DNA of 64,000 nucleotides. Origin: Patescibacteria group bacterium (GTDB taxonomy: Bacteria > Patescibacteriota > Minisyncoccia > Phycocordibacterales > Phycocordibacteraceae). Position 1 is the stretch's first letter. The number at the start of each line of letters is the position of its first letter. The notes under the pieces were generated by a model that ran no database searches, was not told the DNA's origin, and saw only the letters and a list, made by a program, of their open reading frames with translations. The DNA lies in the NCBI GenBank assembly GCA_018971045.1, contig JAGWVF010000002.1:1133-65132 (forward strand). Reading direction: 5' to 3'. This document shows positions 28,625 through 37,366 of this stretch, one piece after another. A program made the translations under genes and the position numbers.

Positions 28625-29860
28625 TTACCGCCAGGTGGTGCGGGCGCCGCGCGCGACGTCGGATACCGATCGAATGAGCCAGAGCGGCGCGACGATCCAA
28701 TAGAACGCGAGATAAGCGAGGAGATTCGGCGCGAGCTTCCCCGGTATCCGCGAGAGCCTTTTCCCCACGACCATCCAGCCGAGCGTGACGACCAAGAGCG
28801 CGACGCCCAAGAGCTCAGGCGCGGTGGCCGGTACGTCATACCAGGAGAAAGGGCGCCAGACGAAGGCGTACGAGAGCGGCGCCGCCTGCACGATCGAGAG
28901 CGTGTGGAGTCCCTCGAAGAGGATCTGCGTCATGCTGAACATGAAGATGAAAATGCCGCCGCCGATCGTGATCAGCGCGAGCGGCAGGACGAACATGCCG
29001 AGGACAGCGTTCTTTCGGATGCCGATCAGGTCGCGGTAATCAAAGAGAATATTGCGCAAGAAGCCGGTGGTCCAGCGCACGCGTTGTTTAACGAGTTTCG
29101 GAAGGGTGGGCGGACTCTTGGTATAGACGCGGGCGCGAATGGCGTTGCCGATCGCGTAGCCCGCGCGCTGCAGGCGCATCGCCATCTCCATATCCTCGGC
29201 GAGATGCGCGTGCTTAAACGGGCCGAGTTCGGCAAGGACGGATCGGCGGTAGAAGGAGAACGGTCCCGGAGTCACATACAAGCCGTTCAACGAGGCGAGC
29301 ACATGACGGAGCGTGATCGCGAGGGTGTACTCGGCATACTGCATGCGTTGCATGAACGTCTGCGGTTCGTGAACCGCCATCGAGGCCGTAACCGCGGCTA
29401 CCCGGGAAGCGTCGAAGGCGGCGACGATCTCGCGGAGCGAATCAGGCGCGACAAAAGAATCCGCGTCAAGAAATCCGATCAGTTCGGCACCCCGCGCATG
29501 CTCGACGCCGAGGTTCATGGCGCTGAATTTCCCGCCGTTCTCTTTATGCAGAGCGGTAATCTGCGGATGGTGCGCGAAGCGATCGATGACGGCCGGGGTC
29601 GCGTCCGTAGAGCCGTCGTTGACCAGAATAATCGAGAGCTTCTCGGCGGGGTAGTCGAGAGCGAGGAGAGAATCAATCGTGCCCGCAAGCGTCGTTTCTT
29701 CATTCCAGACAGGAACGATGACCGCCACGTTCGGAGCGGTCGGCGCGATTGATTTCGCGCGGCTTGCTCGAGCCGGCTTCGAGAGGAAGGTAACGAGCAG
29801 GAACGATTCGAAGAAAATCGCGATGAAAAGAAAAGGGTAGGTAAGCGTTTCGACACCCAT
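28625..29860 (-). CDS. GT2 processive glycosyltransferase (PgaC/cellulose-synthase-like)
   Basis: VPVWNEE, NDGSTD, GKFSAMN, FLDADS, LAED, QRVRW, C-terminal TMs; start MGVETL at 29860. Confidence 0.9.
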   Translation of the reverse strand: MGVETLTYPFLFIAIFFESFLLVTFLSKPARASRAKSIAPTAPNVAVIVPVWNEETTLAGTIDSLLALDYPAEKLSIILVNDGSTDATPAVIDRFAHHPQITALHKENGGKFSAMNLGVEHARGAELIGFLDADSFVAPDSLREIVAAFDASRVAAVTASMAVHEPQTFMQRMQYAEYTLAITLRHVLASLNGLYVTPGPFSFYRRSVLAELGPFKHAHLAEDMEMAMRLQRAGYAIGNAIRARVYTKSPPTLPKLVKQRVRWTTGFLRNILFDYRDLIGIRKNAVLGMFVLPLALITIGGGIFIFMFSMTQILFEGLHTLSIVQAAPLSYAFVWRPFSWYDVPATAPELLGVALLVVTLGWMVVGKRLSRIPGKLAPNLLAYLAFYWIVAPLWLIRSVSDVARGARTTWR

Positions 29861-29902
29861 AGCTTGTAGCGTTACTGTACCACAATCTGCTATATTTGCA
29901 GA

Positions 29903-30628
29903 ATGCAGAAGGTCGGCCGTCTTCACCCCATTACGATCGCGATTCGCGATATCGCCGCAATCTTCGGGCGGATGGGATTCGGAGTGGTGCTTGGACCCGA
30001 GCTTGAGACTGAATACTATAATTTTGATGCGCTCAATGTTCCCGCTGATCATCCGGCGCGTGACATGTGGGATACCTTCTGGGTGAAGAGCGATGAAGAC
30101 GAGCGTCTTGTCCTCCGCACCCACACGTCGCCGATGCAGATCCGCTCGCTCGAAAAGACGGGAGCGCCGACGCGCATCATCGTGCCCGGTAAAGTATTCA
30201 GAAATGAAGCGACCGATGCGACCCACGAAGCGCAGTTTTACCAGCTCGAAGGTCTCGCGATTGACGTGAATATCACGCTCGCCGACTTAAAGGGAACGCT
30301 CGATCGATTCTCGAAAGAATTTTTCGGCACCGAGGCCAAGGTGCGTTTCCGTCCGAGCTACTTCCCCTTTACCGAACCCTCGGTCGAGGTGGATGTATGG
30401 TTCCCGGCGAGAGAACGATGGCTCGAGGTGATGGGGGCGGGAATGGTCCACCCCAAGGTGCTCGAGAACGCCGGCGTGGATTCAAGAAAATATCAAGGCT
30501 TTGCCTTCGGACTCGGCGTTGAACGCTTCGCAATGATTAAGTACGGCATCCCCGATATACGTCTCTTCCACGCGGGCGATATCCGCTTCGATTTCGCTTT
30601 CGATAAAAGCCAGACATCGGATGTCTGA
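29903..30628 (+). CDS. pheS: Phenylalanine--tRNA ligase alpha subunit (catalytic core only)
   Basis: HPARDMWDTF, LRTHTSPMQ, FRNE..DATH, YFPFTEPS, FAFGLGVER. Confidence 0.95.
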   Translation: MQKVGRLHPITIAIRDIAAIFGRMGFGVVLGPELETEYYNFDALNVPADHPARDMWDTFWVKSDEDERLVLRTHTSPMQIRSLEKTGAPTRIIVPGKVFRNEATDATHEAQFYQLEGLAIDVNITLADLKGTLDRFSKEFFGTEAKVRFRPSYFPFTEPSVEVDVWFPARERWLEVMGAGMVHPKVLENAGVDSRKYQGFAFGLGVERFAMIKYGIPDIRLFHAGDIRFDFAFDKSQTSDV

Positions 30629-30632
30629 CTTT
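30606..30632. repeat. REP-like palindrome, third variant, overlapping the pheS stop
   Basis: AAAGCCAGACATC-G-GATGTCTGACTTT; the right arm supplies the pheS TGA. Confidence 0.7.
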
Positions 30633-30637
30633 GAGGT

Positions 30638-32458
30638 ATGAAGATTTCGCTCGCCTGGATCCAGAATTACTTTGATACCCCGCTTCCGAAGGGGAGAGAA
30701 CTCGCGGATGCCCTCACCTTTCACGCGTTCGAGATCGAGGAGGCCAGCGAGACGATGCTCGATGTCAAAGTGCTTCCGAATCGCGCGGCTGACTGTCTTT
30801 CTCATCGCGGTATCGCGCGCGAGCTCTCCGCGATTCTGAATATCCCGATAAAGTCCGATCCGCTCCGCGCGCTACTTCAAAAGGAGGAGGTGCGAAACTC
30901 GCCTATACATATTAAAATCGAGGATGAGAAAAAGTGCGCGCGGTATATGGGCGCGCTCATAAGAGGAGTGAAGGTGGGACCATCGCCCGCGTGGCTTCAA
31001 GAGGCGCTCGAGGCGGTCGGTCAGCGATCGATCAATAACGTCGTCGACGCGACCAACTATGTGATGCTCGATATCGGCCAGCCGCTCCACGCGTTTGACG
31101 CGGGGAAGCTCACGCAAAAAGAGGGCGCGTACGCGATCAACGTGCGGAGCGCGAAGGACGGAGAAAAAATCACGACGCTCTCCGGCGATGAATATACGCT
31201 TGCGCCAAGCATAACGATCGTTACCGACGCGAACACCGGCACCCCGATCGCGCTCGCGGGCATAAAAGGCGGCAAGGCCGCCGAGCTCACGAACGATACG
31301 ACCGATCTCATCGTTGAATCGGCGAACTTCGACGCGCCGACGACGCGCCGCGCCGCGCAGAAGCTGAAACTCTTTACCGATGCCAGTATTCGCTTTCAGA
31401 ACCGCCCCTCGCCGGAACTCGCGGCTTACGGCATGCGCGAGGTTCTCAAACTCATTACGGACATCGCGGGCGGAGAGGCCGCGGGAATCATCGACGAGCA
31501 TCCTGCGCGCGCCGAAGAAGCGCATGCCGTTTCGGTCTCGCTCGAGCATATCAATGCCGTGCTCGGAGCGGATTTCTCGAGTGCCGCTATTGCAGATGTT
31601 TTCAAGCGTCTTGATCTTCCCTCTGAACAGATAGGCGGCGTCTTCACCGTTACGCCGCCCTTCGAACGCGCGGATCTCGCCATCCCCGAAGATCTTATTG
31701 AAGAAGTCGGACGCGTCATTGGATATGACGCGCTCTCGCCGACCGAGCTTCCTCCCGTCGCGGATACGCCGGATCAGAATCGCTATCGCGGCATCGAACG
31801 GATGAAAGATCAGCTTGTCGAGCAGGGATTTATCGAAGTCTCGACGCAATCGTTCGCAGGAACGGGCGACGTTACGCTCTTCAATCCGCTTGATACGGCG
31901 AAGCCCGCGCTCCGCACCTCGCTTGAAGAGAATCTCGCCGAAGCGCTCGCGAAGGCGAAGTATGCCGCGCCGCTCGTACTCGAGCCGGGGCAGAAACCGA
32001 AATTGTTTGAAATCGGCACGGTCTTCCTGAAGGAAGGCGAACATCTCGAGCTCCGTATGACCGAGCGCGTGCCCGAGTGGGGCGACGAGGCCGCCACGGT
32101 CGACAATCTCTCCGCGGCGAACCTCGAGGAGTACGGCAAAGGCTACGAACCAAAGCGATACGCTCTCGGCTCATTCCGACCCTACTCCGCGTATCCTTTT
32201 ATTGTCCGAGACATCGCCTTCTGGGCCGCAGGCGCCGGGCAAAGCGAGGCGGCAATCGAGAAGCTTCTTCGCGAACGCGCGGGAGAATTGCTCGTTCGTC
32301 TCGATCGATTCGATCGGTTTGAAAAAGAGGGGAGGGTCTCGCTCGCGTACCGCCTCGTCTTCCAGTCTTTCGATCGGACGCTCACCGACGAAGAAATAAA
32401 TAATGTGATGAACAGCGTCTCCTCGTCGCTTGCCGAGCTGGGTTGCGAGGTCCGCTGA
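30638..32458 (+). CDS. pheT: Phenylalanine--tRNA ligase beta subunit (shortened)
   Basis: PNRAADCLSHRG, INNVVDATNYVM..GQPLHAFD, EDLIEEVGR, C-terminal anticodon-binding domain (RTLTDEEIN). Confidence 0.93.
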   Translation: MKISLAWIQNYFDTPLPKGRELADALTFHAFEIEEASETMLDVKVLPNRAADCLSHRGIARELSAILNIPIKSDPLRALLQKEEVRNSPIHIKIEDEKKCARYMGALIRGVKVGPSPAWLQEALEAVGQRSINNVVDATNYVMLDIGQPLHAFDAGKLTQKEGAYAINVRSAKDGEKITTLSGDEYTLAPSITIVTDANTGTPIALAGIKGGKAAELTNDTTDLIVESANFDAPTTRRAAQKLKLFTDASIRFQNRPSPELAAYGMREVLKLITDIAGGEAAGIIDEHPARAEEAHAVSVSLEHINAVLGADFSSAAIADVFKRLDLPSEQIGGVFTVTPPFERADLAIPEDLIEEVGRVIGYDALSPTELPPVADTPDQNRYRGIERMKDQLVEQGFIEVSTQSFAGTGDVTLFNPLDTAKPALRTSLEENLAEALAKAKYAAPLVLEPGQKPKLFEIGTVFLKEGEHLELRMTERVPEWGDEAATVDNLSAANLEEYGKGYEPKRYALGSFRPYSAYPFIVRDIAFWAAGAGQSEAAIEKLLRERAGELLVRLDRFDRFEKEGRVSLAYRLVFQSFDRTLTDEEINNVMNSVSSSLAELGCEVR

Positions 32459-32507
32459 AAGCCCTCCCAAACGGGGTCATTTTATGCTAAAATAGATAGA
32501 TAAAACT

Positions 32508-34586
32508 ATGGCGAAAGAAGCTTCCAAAAAGGCCGTATCTAAGGCCTATGATGCCTCGTCTATCACCGTTCTCGAGGGGCTCGAGCCGGTCAGGAAGCGC
32601 CCGGGAATGTATATCGGGACGACTGGTCCGGACGGACTCCACCACCTCGTCTGGGAGATCTTCGATAATGCCCGCGACGAGGCGATGGGCGGGCATGCAA
32701 GCGACATCGAGGTCGCGCTTTTGCCGGAGGGTTACGTGCGCGTCGCCGACAACGGCCGCGGCGTTCCGGTCGGCATCCATCCCAAAACCAAGGTTTCCGC
32801 GCTCGAGACGATCATGACGACGCTCCACGCCGGAGGGAAATTCGGCGGAGAGGATAGCGGCTACAAGATCTCGGGCGGACTCCACGGCGTCGGCGCTTCG
32901 GTCGTGAATGCGCTCTCCGAGCACACCAAAGTCGTCGTGCATCAAGACGGCGGGATGCACATGCAGGAATACAGGATCGGCAAGCCGATCGCGAAGGTGA
33001 AGAAGATCGGCGGCAGCAAAGAGCACGGCACCATCGTCATCTTCAAGCCCGATGCGACCATTTTTAAAGAAGGCGTGGAATGGAACTGGGAGAAGATCGT
33101 GACGCATCTGCGCCAGCAAGCGTATCTCGTGAAGGGCGTGCGTATCGGGCTCTTCGACGCGCGCGGCGACACGAACTCATTCGAGACCGATCGGCTCTTT
33201 CTCCGTTCGTACGCGCTCGACGTTCCCTCGATGACCTTCTATTTCGAAGGCGGACTCAAATCGCTCGTCGCCTTCTACAACAAGCACCAGACGCCGGTGC
33301 ATAAAAACATTTTCTACGTCGATCGCCAGTCTGAAAATGTCGAGGTCGAAATCGCGCTTCAGTACGTCGACGACATCGCGTCGCGCACCACCGCTTTTGC
33401 CAACAACATTTATAACAGCGAGGGCGGCACGCACGTTACCGGATTTAAGACCGCGCTCACGCGCGCGCTCAACACGTATGGCCGCAATGCGAATCTGATT
33501 AAAGAAAAGGACGAGAACTTCACGGGCGACGACGTGCTCGAAGGGATTACGGCGGTCGTATCGGTGAAGCTTCCGGAAATTCAATTCGAGGGACAGACCA
33601 AGAGCAAACTCGGATCGATGGAAGCGCAGGGCGCCGTCTCGGCCGTCTTCGGAGAAGCGCTCGGCGCGTTTCTTGAAGAGAATCCCGACGACGCGCGCGC
33701 AATCGTGAACAAGGTTCTGCTCGCGCTTAAGGCGCGCAAGGCCGCCAAGGCCGCCAAGGACTCGGTACTGCGCAAGGGCGCTCTCGAGGGCATGACGCTC
33801 CCGGGCAAGCTCGCCGATTGCCAGACTAAGAGCGCCGAGGAAGGGGAGCTCTTTATCGTCGAGGGAGACTCTGCCGGCGGATCGAGCAAGCAGGGGCGCG
33901 ATCGCCGCACGCAGGCGATTCTTCCCCTGCGCGGGAAGATTCTGAACGTCGAGCGCGCGCGCATCGACCGCATGCTCGCTTCAGCCGAGATCCGCGCGCT
34001 CGTCATCGCGATGGGTACCGCCATCGGCGATGTCTTCGACCTCTCGAAACTCCGCTATCATAAGATCATCATCGCGACGGATGCCGACGTCGACGGCGCG
34101 CACATCCGCACGCTTCTTCTCACGCTCCTTTACCGCCACTTCCGGCCGATCATTGACGGCGGATTCGTCTACATCGCCCAGCCGCCTTTGTATAAAATCA
34201 CCAAAGGGAAGGCGACGGCGTACGCGTATACCGATAAGGAAAAAGAAGAGGCGCTTCGGGAGCTCGGCGCCGTATCAAGCGAGATTAAAGAGAGTGCAGA
34301 CGCTGACGCTCTCGCTGAAGAATCGGAGAACGAGACCGAAGAGGTGGCTTCAAAATCGGCAAAAGCCGCGAAAGTGAATATCCAGCGCTATAAAGGTCTC
34401 GGCGAAATGAATCCGAGCGAGCTGTGGGAAACGACGATGGATCCGGCCCGCCGCGTCCTCAAGCGCATCAGCATCGAAGATGCCGAAGCGGCTGATCGCA
34501 TCTTCGATATTTTGATGGGAACGGACGTTCCTTCACGCAAATCTTTTATTCAGAGCAACGCGAAGCTCGCCAATCTGGATGTTTAA
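32508..34586 (+). CDS. gyrB: DNA gyrase subunit B (type IIA topoisomerase B)
   Basis: GLEPVRKRPGMYIG, GGLHGVG, VEGDSAGG, PLRGKILN, DADVDG, RYKGLGEM. Confidence 0.9.
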   Translation: MAKEASKKAVSKAYDASSITVLEGLEPVRKRPGMYIGTTGPDGLHHLVWEIFDNARDEAMGGHASDIEVALLPEGYVRVADNGRGVPVGIHPKTKVSALETIMTTLHAGGKFGGEDSGYKISGGLHGVGASVVNALSEHTKVVVHQDGGMHMQEYRIGKPIAKVKKIGGSKEHGTIVIFKPDATIFKEGVEWNWEKIVTHLRQQAYLVKGVRIGLFDARGDTNSFETDRLFLRSYALDVPSMTFYFEGGLKSLVAFYNKHQTPVHKNIFYVDRQSENVEVEIALQYVDDIASRTTAFANNIYNSEGGTHVTGFKTALTRALNTYGRNANLIKEKDENFTGDDVLEGITAVVSVKLPEIQFEGQTKSKLGSMEAQGAVSAVFGEALGAFLEENPDDARAIVNKVLLALKARKAAKAAKDSVLRKGALEGMTLPGKLADCQTKSAEEGELFIVEGDSAGGSSKQGRDRRTQAILPLRGKILNVERARIDRMLASAEIRALVIAMGTAIGDVFDLSKLRYHKIIIATDADVDGAHIRTLLLTLLYRHFRPIIDGGFVYIAQPPLYKITKGKATAYAYTDKEKEEALRELGAVSSEIKESADADALAEESENETEEVASKSAKAAKVNIQRYKGLGEMNPSELWETTMDPARRVLKRISIEDAEAADRIFDILMGTDVPSRKSFIQSNAKLANLDV

Positions 34587-34597
34587 CCCGGGGCCGG

Positions 34598-35368
34598 TTA
34601 GGAGCCGAGAATAGTGAGGTAGGCGGACGCGCTGTTGTTATCCGCGTTCGATTCGCTGACCGCTTTGTCGAAGTTTGCGGTGATTGAAATCATCTGTCCG
34701 GATCCTTTATTCGCCTGATCGAATCCGAGAACGTAATCGATGCTTTCGCCGGGAGCGAGCGACTGTTGCAGCGGCGACTGGAAGATATACGCGCTCTGGG
34801 TCGGTATCGACGCGCTGAAGCGCCACGGCGCGGCGATGTTCGCGCCGATATTCTTTATGGTAAATTTCGCCGCCGGACGGTTTCCGAAAGGAACGGTCGA
34901 GCTTGCGACAAACGAGTCCGTCGAAGTCGAGGTGAGATAGCCGACGGCGGTGATGTTCACCACGAGATCAGGAAGCCCCGAGAGTGTCGGCGAAGAGGAA
35001 GCGCCGCTCATCGGGTAGGTGGCCGTCGTCTCCGGTCCCGTGGCGGTAGCTGCTGGTTTGGGCGGTGTCGGGATCTTGGCGGCCGGCATCGTCGCGGCGG
35101 CCGGCTCGGCGGTCGTCGCGGGAGTGGCGAAGGGAAGCGTCGTCGGCGCGGCGGGAGTCGGGACGATTGAGACCGTCGCGGGCGCCGGAGAGAAGAACGA
35201 GCTGAGGTAGACGGACGCGCTCCCGACGCGGTTTATGATTTCCGGAACAAAGCGGGTCGAGTAGAACGCGAGCCAAAAACTGCCCCCTACGAGAGCGGCG
35301 AAGCCGACACCCGCGAGCACGTTGAGAGCGGTCGCGCGGGTCGTCGAGGCGGTATTCGATGCGTCCAT
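34598..35368 (-). CDS. Membrane-anchored Pro/Thr-rich protein with C-terminal CARDB-like domain
   Basis: TM segment, PT linker, LPDLVV...NIG...ESNADNN. Confidence 0.75.
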   Translation of the reverse strand: MDASNTASTTRATALNVLAGVGFAALVGGSFWLAFYSTRFVPEIINRVGSASVYLSSFFSPAPATVSIVPTPAAPTTLPFATPATTAEPAAATMPAAKIPTPPKPAATATGPETTATYPMSGASSSPTLSGLPDLVVNITAVGYLTSTSTDSFVASSTVPFGNRPAAKFTIKNIGANIAAPWRFSASIPTQSAYIFQSPLQQSLAPGESIDYVLGFDQANKGSGQMISITANFDKAVSESNADNNSASAYLTILGS

Positions 35369-35459
35369 ATAGCATGGTTGATACCACGAGGTGTTTTTGC
35401 TGTCAAGCCTTGACATAAGGCATACTTCAGTGTATTTATGAATAAGATTGGCATTGAGT

Positions 35460-36131
35460 ATGCAATGGTGTATCGACGCGATCGTTCGGCTTATCCAGGC
35501 CTTCAAGCGAATCTCCACCAAGAAGTGGAGCTTCGTCGGCTTTTCGGCGCTGATATTTCTCGGCAGTATCGCGGCGCTTGCCCGCTTCGATCTCTTGCCG
35601 GAGGCGCTCCCGTCTGAGCCGACGGTAACGCTGTCTCAGACCGTCGCCGCTCCCGGTATAGATTTGCCGGCCGCGATCGAATTGCCGACGAAGATCGAGA
35701 TTCCAAGCATTAACCTCTCGGCGCCGATCAATAATCCGACGACGACTGACATAACGGCACTTGATCGATCTCTTCTCTCGGGCGCGGTGCGGTATCCGAC
35801 CTCGGCCAAGCTTGGCGAGACCGGCAACGTCGTCCTCTTCGGTCATTCGAGCTACTTGCCGGTCGTGCTCAATAAAGCCTATCAGTCCTTTAACGATATC
35901 CAGAAGCTCGCTGCGGGCGCTACGATCGCCGTTTCTTCAAAAGATACGGTATATACCTATCAGGTGCGCTCGGTCGAAAAGGAGAGTACCATAACAGCGG
36001 CGATACCGCTTCGAGTGGACGGCCGGGTGCTCACCCTCTCGACCTGCGACTCCTTCGGCGCGAAGACTGATCGTTTCGTCGTTACAGCCGACTTTGTTGA
36101 AAGTCACCCTCTCTCTGCTCCGGCAGAGTGA
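35460..36131 (+). CDS. Sortase-family transpeptidase
   Basis: N-terminal TM, IEIPSINL, GNVVLFGHSS (His), LTLSTC (Cys), DRFVV (Arg). Confidence 0.9.
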   Translation: MQWCIDAIVRLIQAFKRISTKKWSFVGFSALIFLGSIAALARFDLLPEALPSEPTVTLSQTVAAPGIDLPAAIELPTKIEIPSINLSAPINNPTTTDITALDRSLLSGAVRYPTSAKLGETGNVVLFGHSSYLPVVLNKAYQSFNDIQKLAAGATIAVSSKDTVYTYQVRSVEKESTITAAIPLRVDGRVLTLSTCDSFGAKTDRFVVTADFVESHPLSAPAE

Positions 36132-36211
36132 GGATGACTCTCCGCAAGGAGAGAGGATACTTGTTCTTTCAACTTCATAGCCGCTCGCGCGGTAAGGAAA
36201 GGAGTTCAGAA

Positions 36212-37267
36212 ATGACAAAAGGAAAGCTGGCCGCGCGAGCTGTGCTCGTGGGGCTTATGATTTGGATCATCGCCACTGTGGTGGCGGTGTGTGTCGCCAC
36301 CGGCGCGCGGGCGGCAGAAACGCCGTGGAAGTGGGAACACTTCGGCGCCGCTCCGTACGCGACAACGCGTGGGGAGGCGATGGCGACGCGCGAAAGCGCG
36401 TTCCGCGCTCTCGGCTACCCCAAGAAGGTGGTCGAGCTCCTGGTCGAAGCGACTAAGTCTCCGGGCGAGGGCGTCGAGCTCAAGAACGGCGACCGCTTCG
36501 CCGCTCAGATGAGTAAGGGCGGCGTCGTGCACGGCCTGAAGGAGGGCGGCGGAGTCGTCGCCTTCGAGAAGCCGGTTCGCGGCATGCGCTATGTCGCGGA
36601 CGCCGAGATGTGGCAGGTATCGTGGGAGGGGAGGGTCTACACCCTTGTTCTTCCTGAAGTCTGCTACAACTGGACCAGGATGCAGGTCGAGGCACCGCCG
36701 CCAGCGACGAAACAGATCGTCGCCGAGCAGAAGCTCGGCCCGATAACGGTTCTGCCGGCGACATGTCCTAACGTTTATTTCTTAAAAGTAAACGTTTGGG
36801 AACATTCGGCGCTCGAGCTCCCGGGGGTGGCTCAAACCCACGCCAAAGAGGAGTGGGAGGAACAGTTTATCGGCGTACCGCATGTGTCGCGGACGCACGG
36901 CGGCGAGTTCCGAAAGGCGCTCTCGTCCGGACAGATCGCTCGGTCTAAGATCCCGCACAACTTTCTGGTGTCACTCATCATGACGCCGGAGGCGCAGGTC
37001 GGGGAGCCGACGATCACCAAGGAGCAAGTCCTGGGTGAGATCTCGGTTACCGGGCTCTACGAGCTCCAGTTCTCGAGGAAACAGATCGAGAGCTGGGACG
37101 CCATCCGCGTGGTTGATGTCAAAGGGGACGTCACCTCGCCACCGCGGTACCACGCCACGGGGCTCCACGAGCTACGGTTCTTCAACCATTTTCCAGGCAC
37201 GAAGCTTGGCGAGTGGGACAGCAATCCGGTTCCGGATTGCATCATGAACGAGCACTGGATTGAGTGA
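36212..37267 (+). CDS. Hypothetical secreted protein
   Basis: SD AAGGAAAGGAG upstream; signal peptide ending GARA-AE; two Cys-containing domains. Confidence 0.75.
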   Translation: MTKGKLAARAVLVGLMIWIIATVVAVCVATGARAAETPWKWEHFGAAPYATTRGEAMATRESAFRALGYPKKVVELLVEATKSPGEGVELKNGDRFAAQMSKGGVVHGLKEGGGVVAFEKPVRGMRYVADAEMWQVSWEGRVYTLVLPEVCYNWTRMQVEAPPPATKQIVAEQKLGPITVLPATCPNVYFLKVNVWEHSALELPGVAQTHAKEEWEEQFIGVPHVSRTHGGEFRKALSSGQIARSKIPHNFLVSLIMTPEAQVGEPTITKEQVLGEISVTGLYELQFSRKQIESWDAIRVVDVKGDVTSPPRYHATGLHELRFFNHFPGTKLGEWDSNPVPDCIMNEHWIE

Positions 37268-37366
37268 GGGAGGGTGACGCTGGAACCGTTGAGGGATTCG
37301 TACACGACAATCTCTAACAACGGATCCCTTTTCTGAAACATCTCACGGAGGTGTTTCGGAAATAGG

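Noticed and set aside
27875-29860. Integrative island at tRNA-Thr
   Set aside because: No integrase and no duplicated tRNA 3' end seen.
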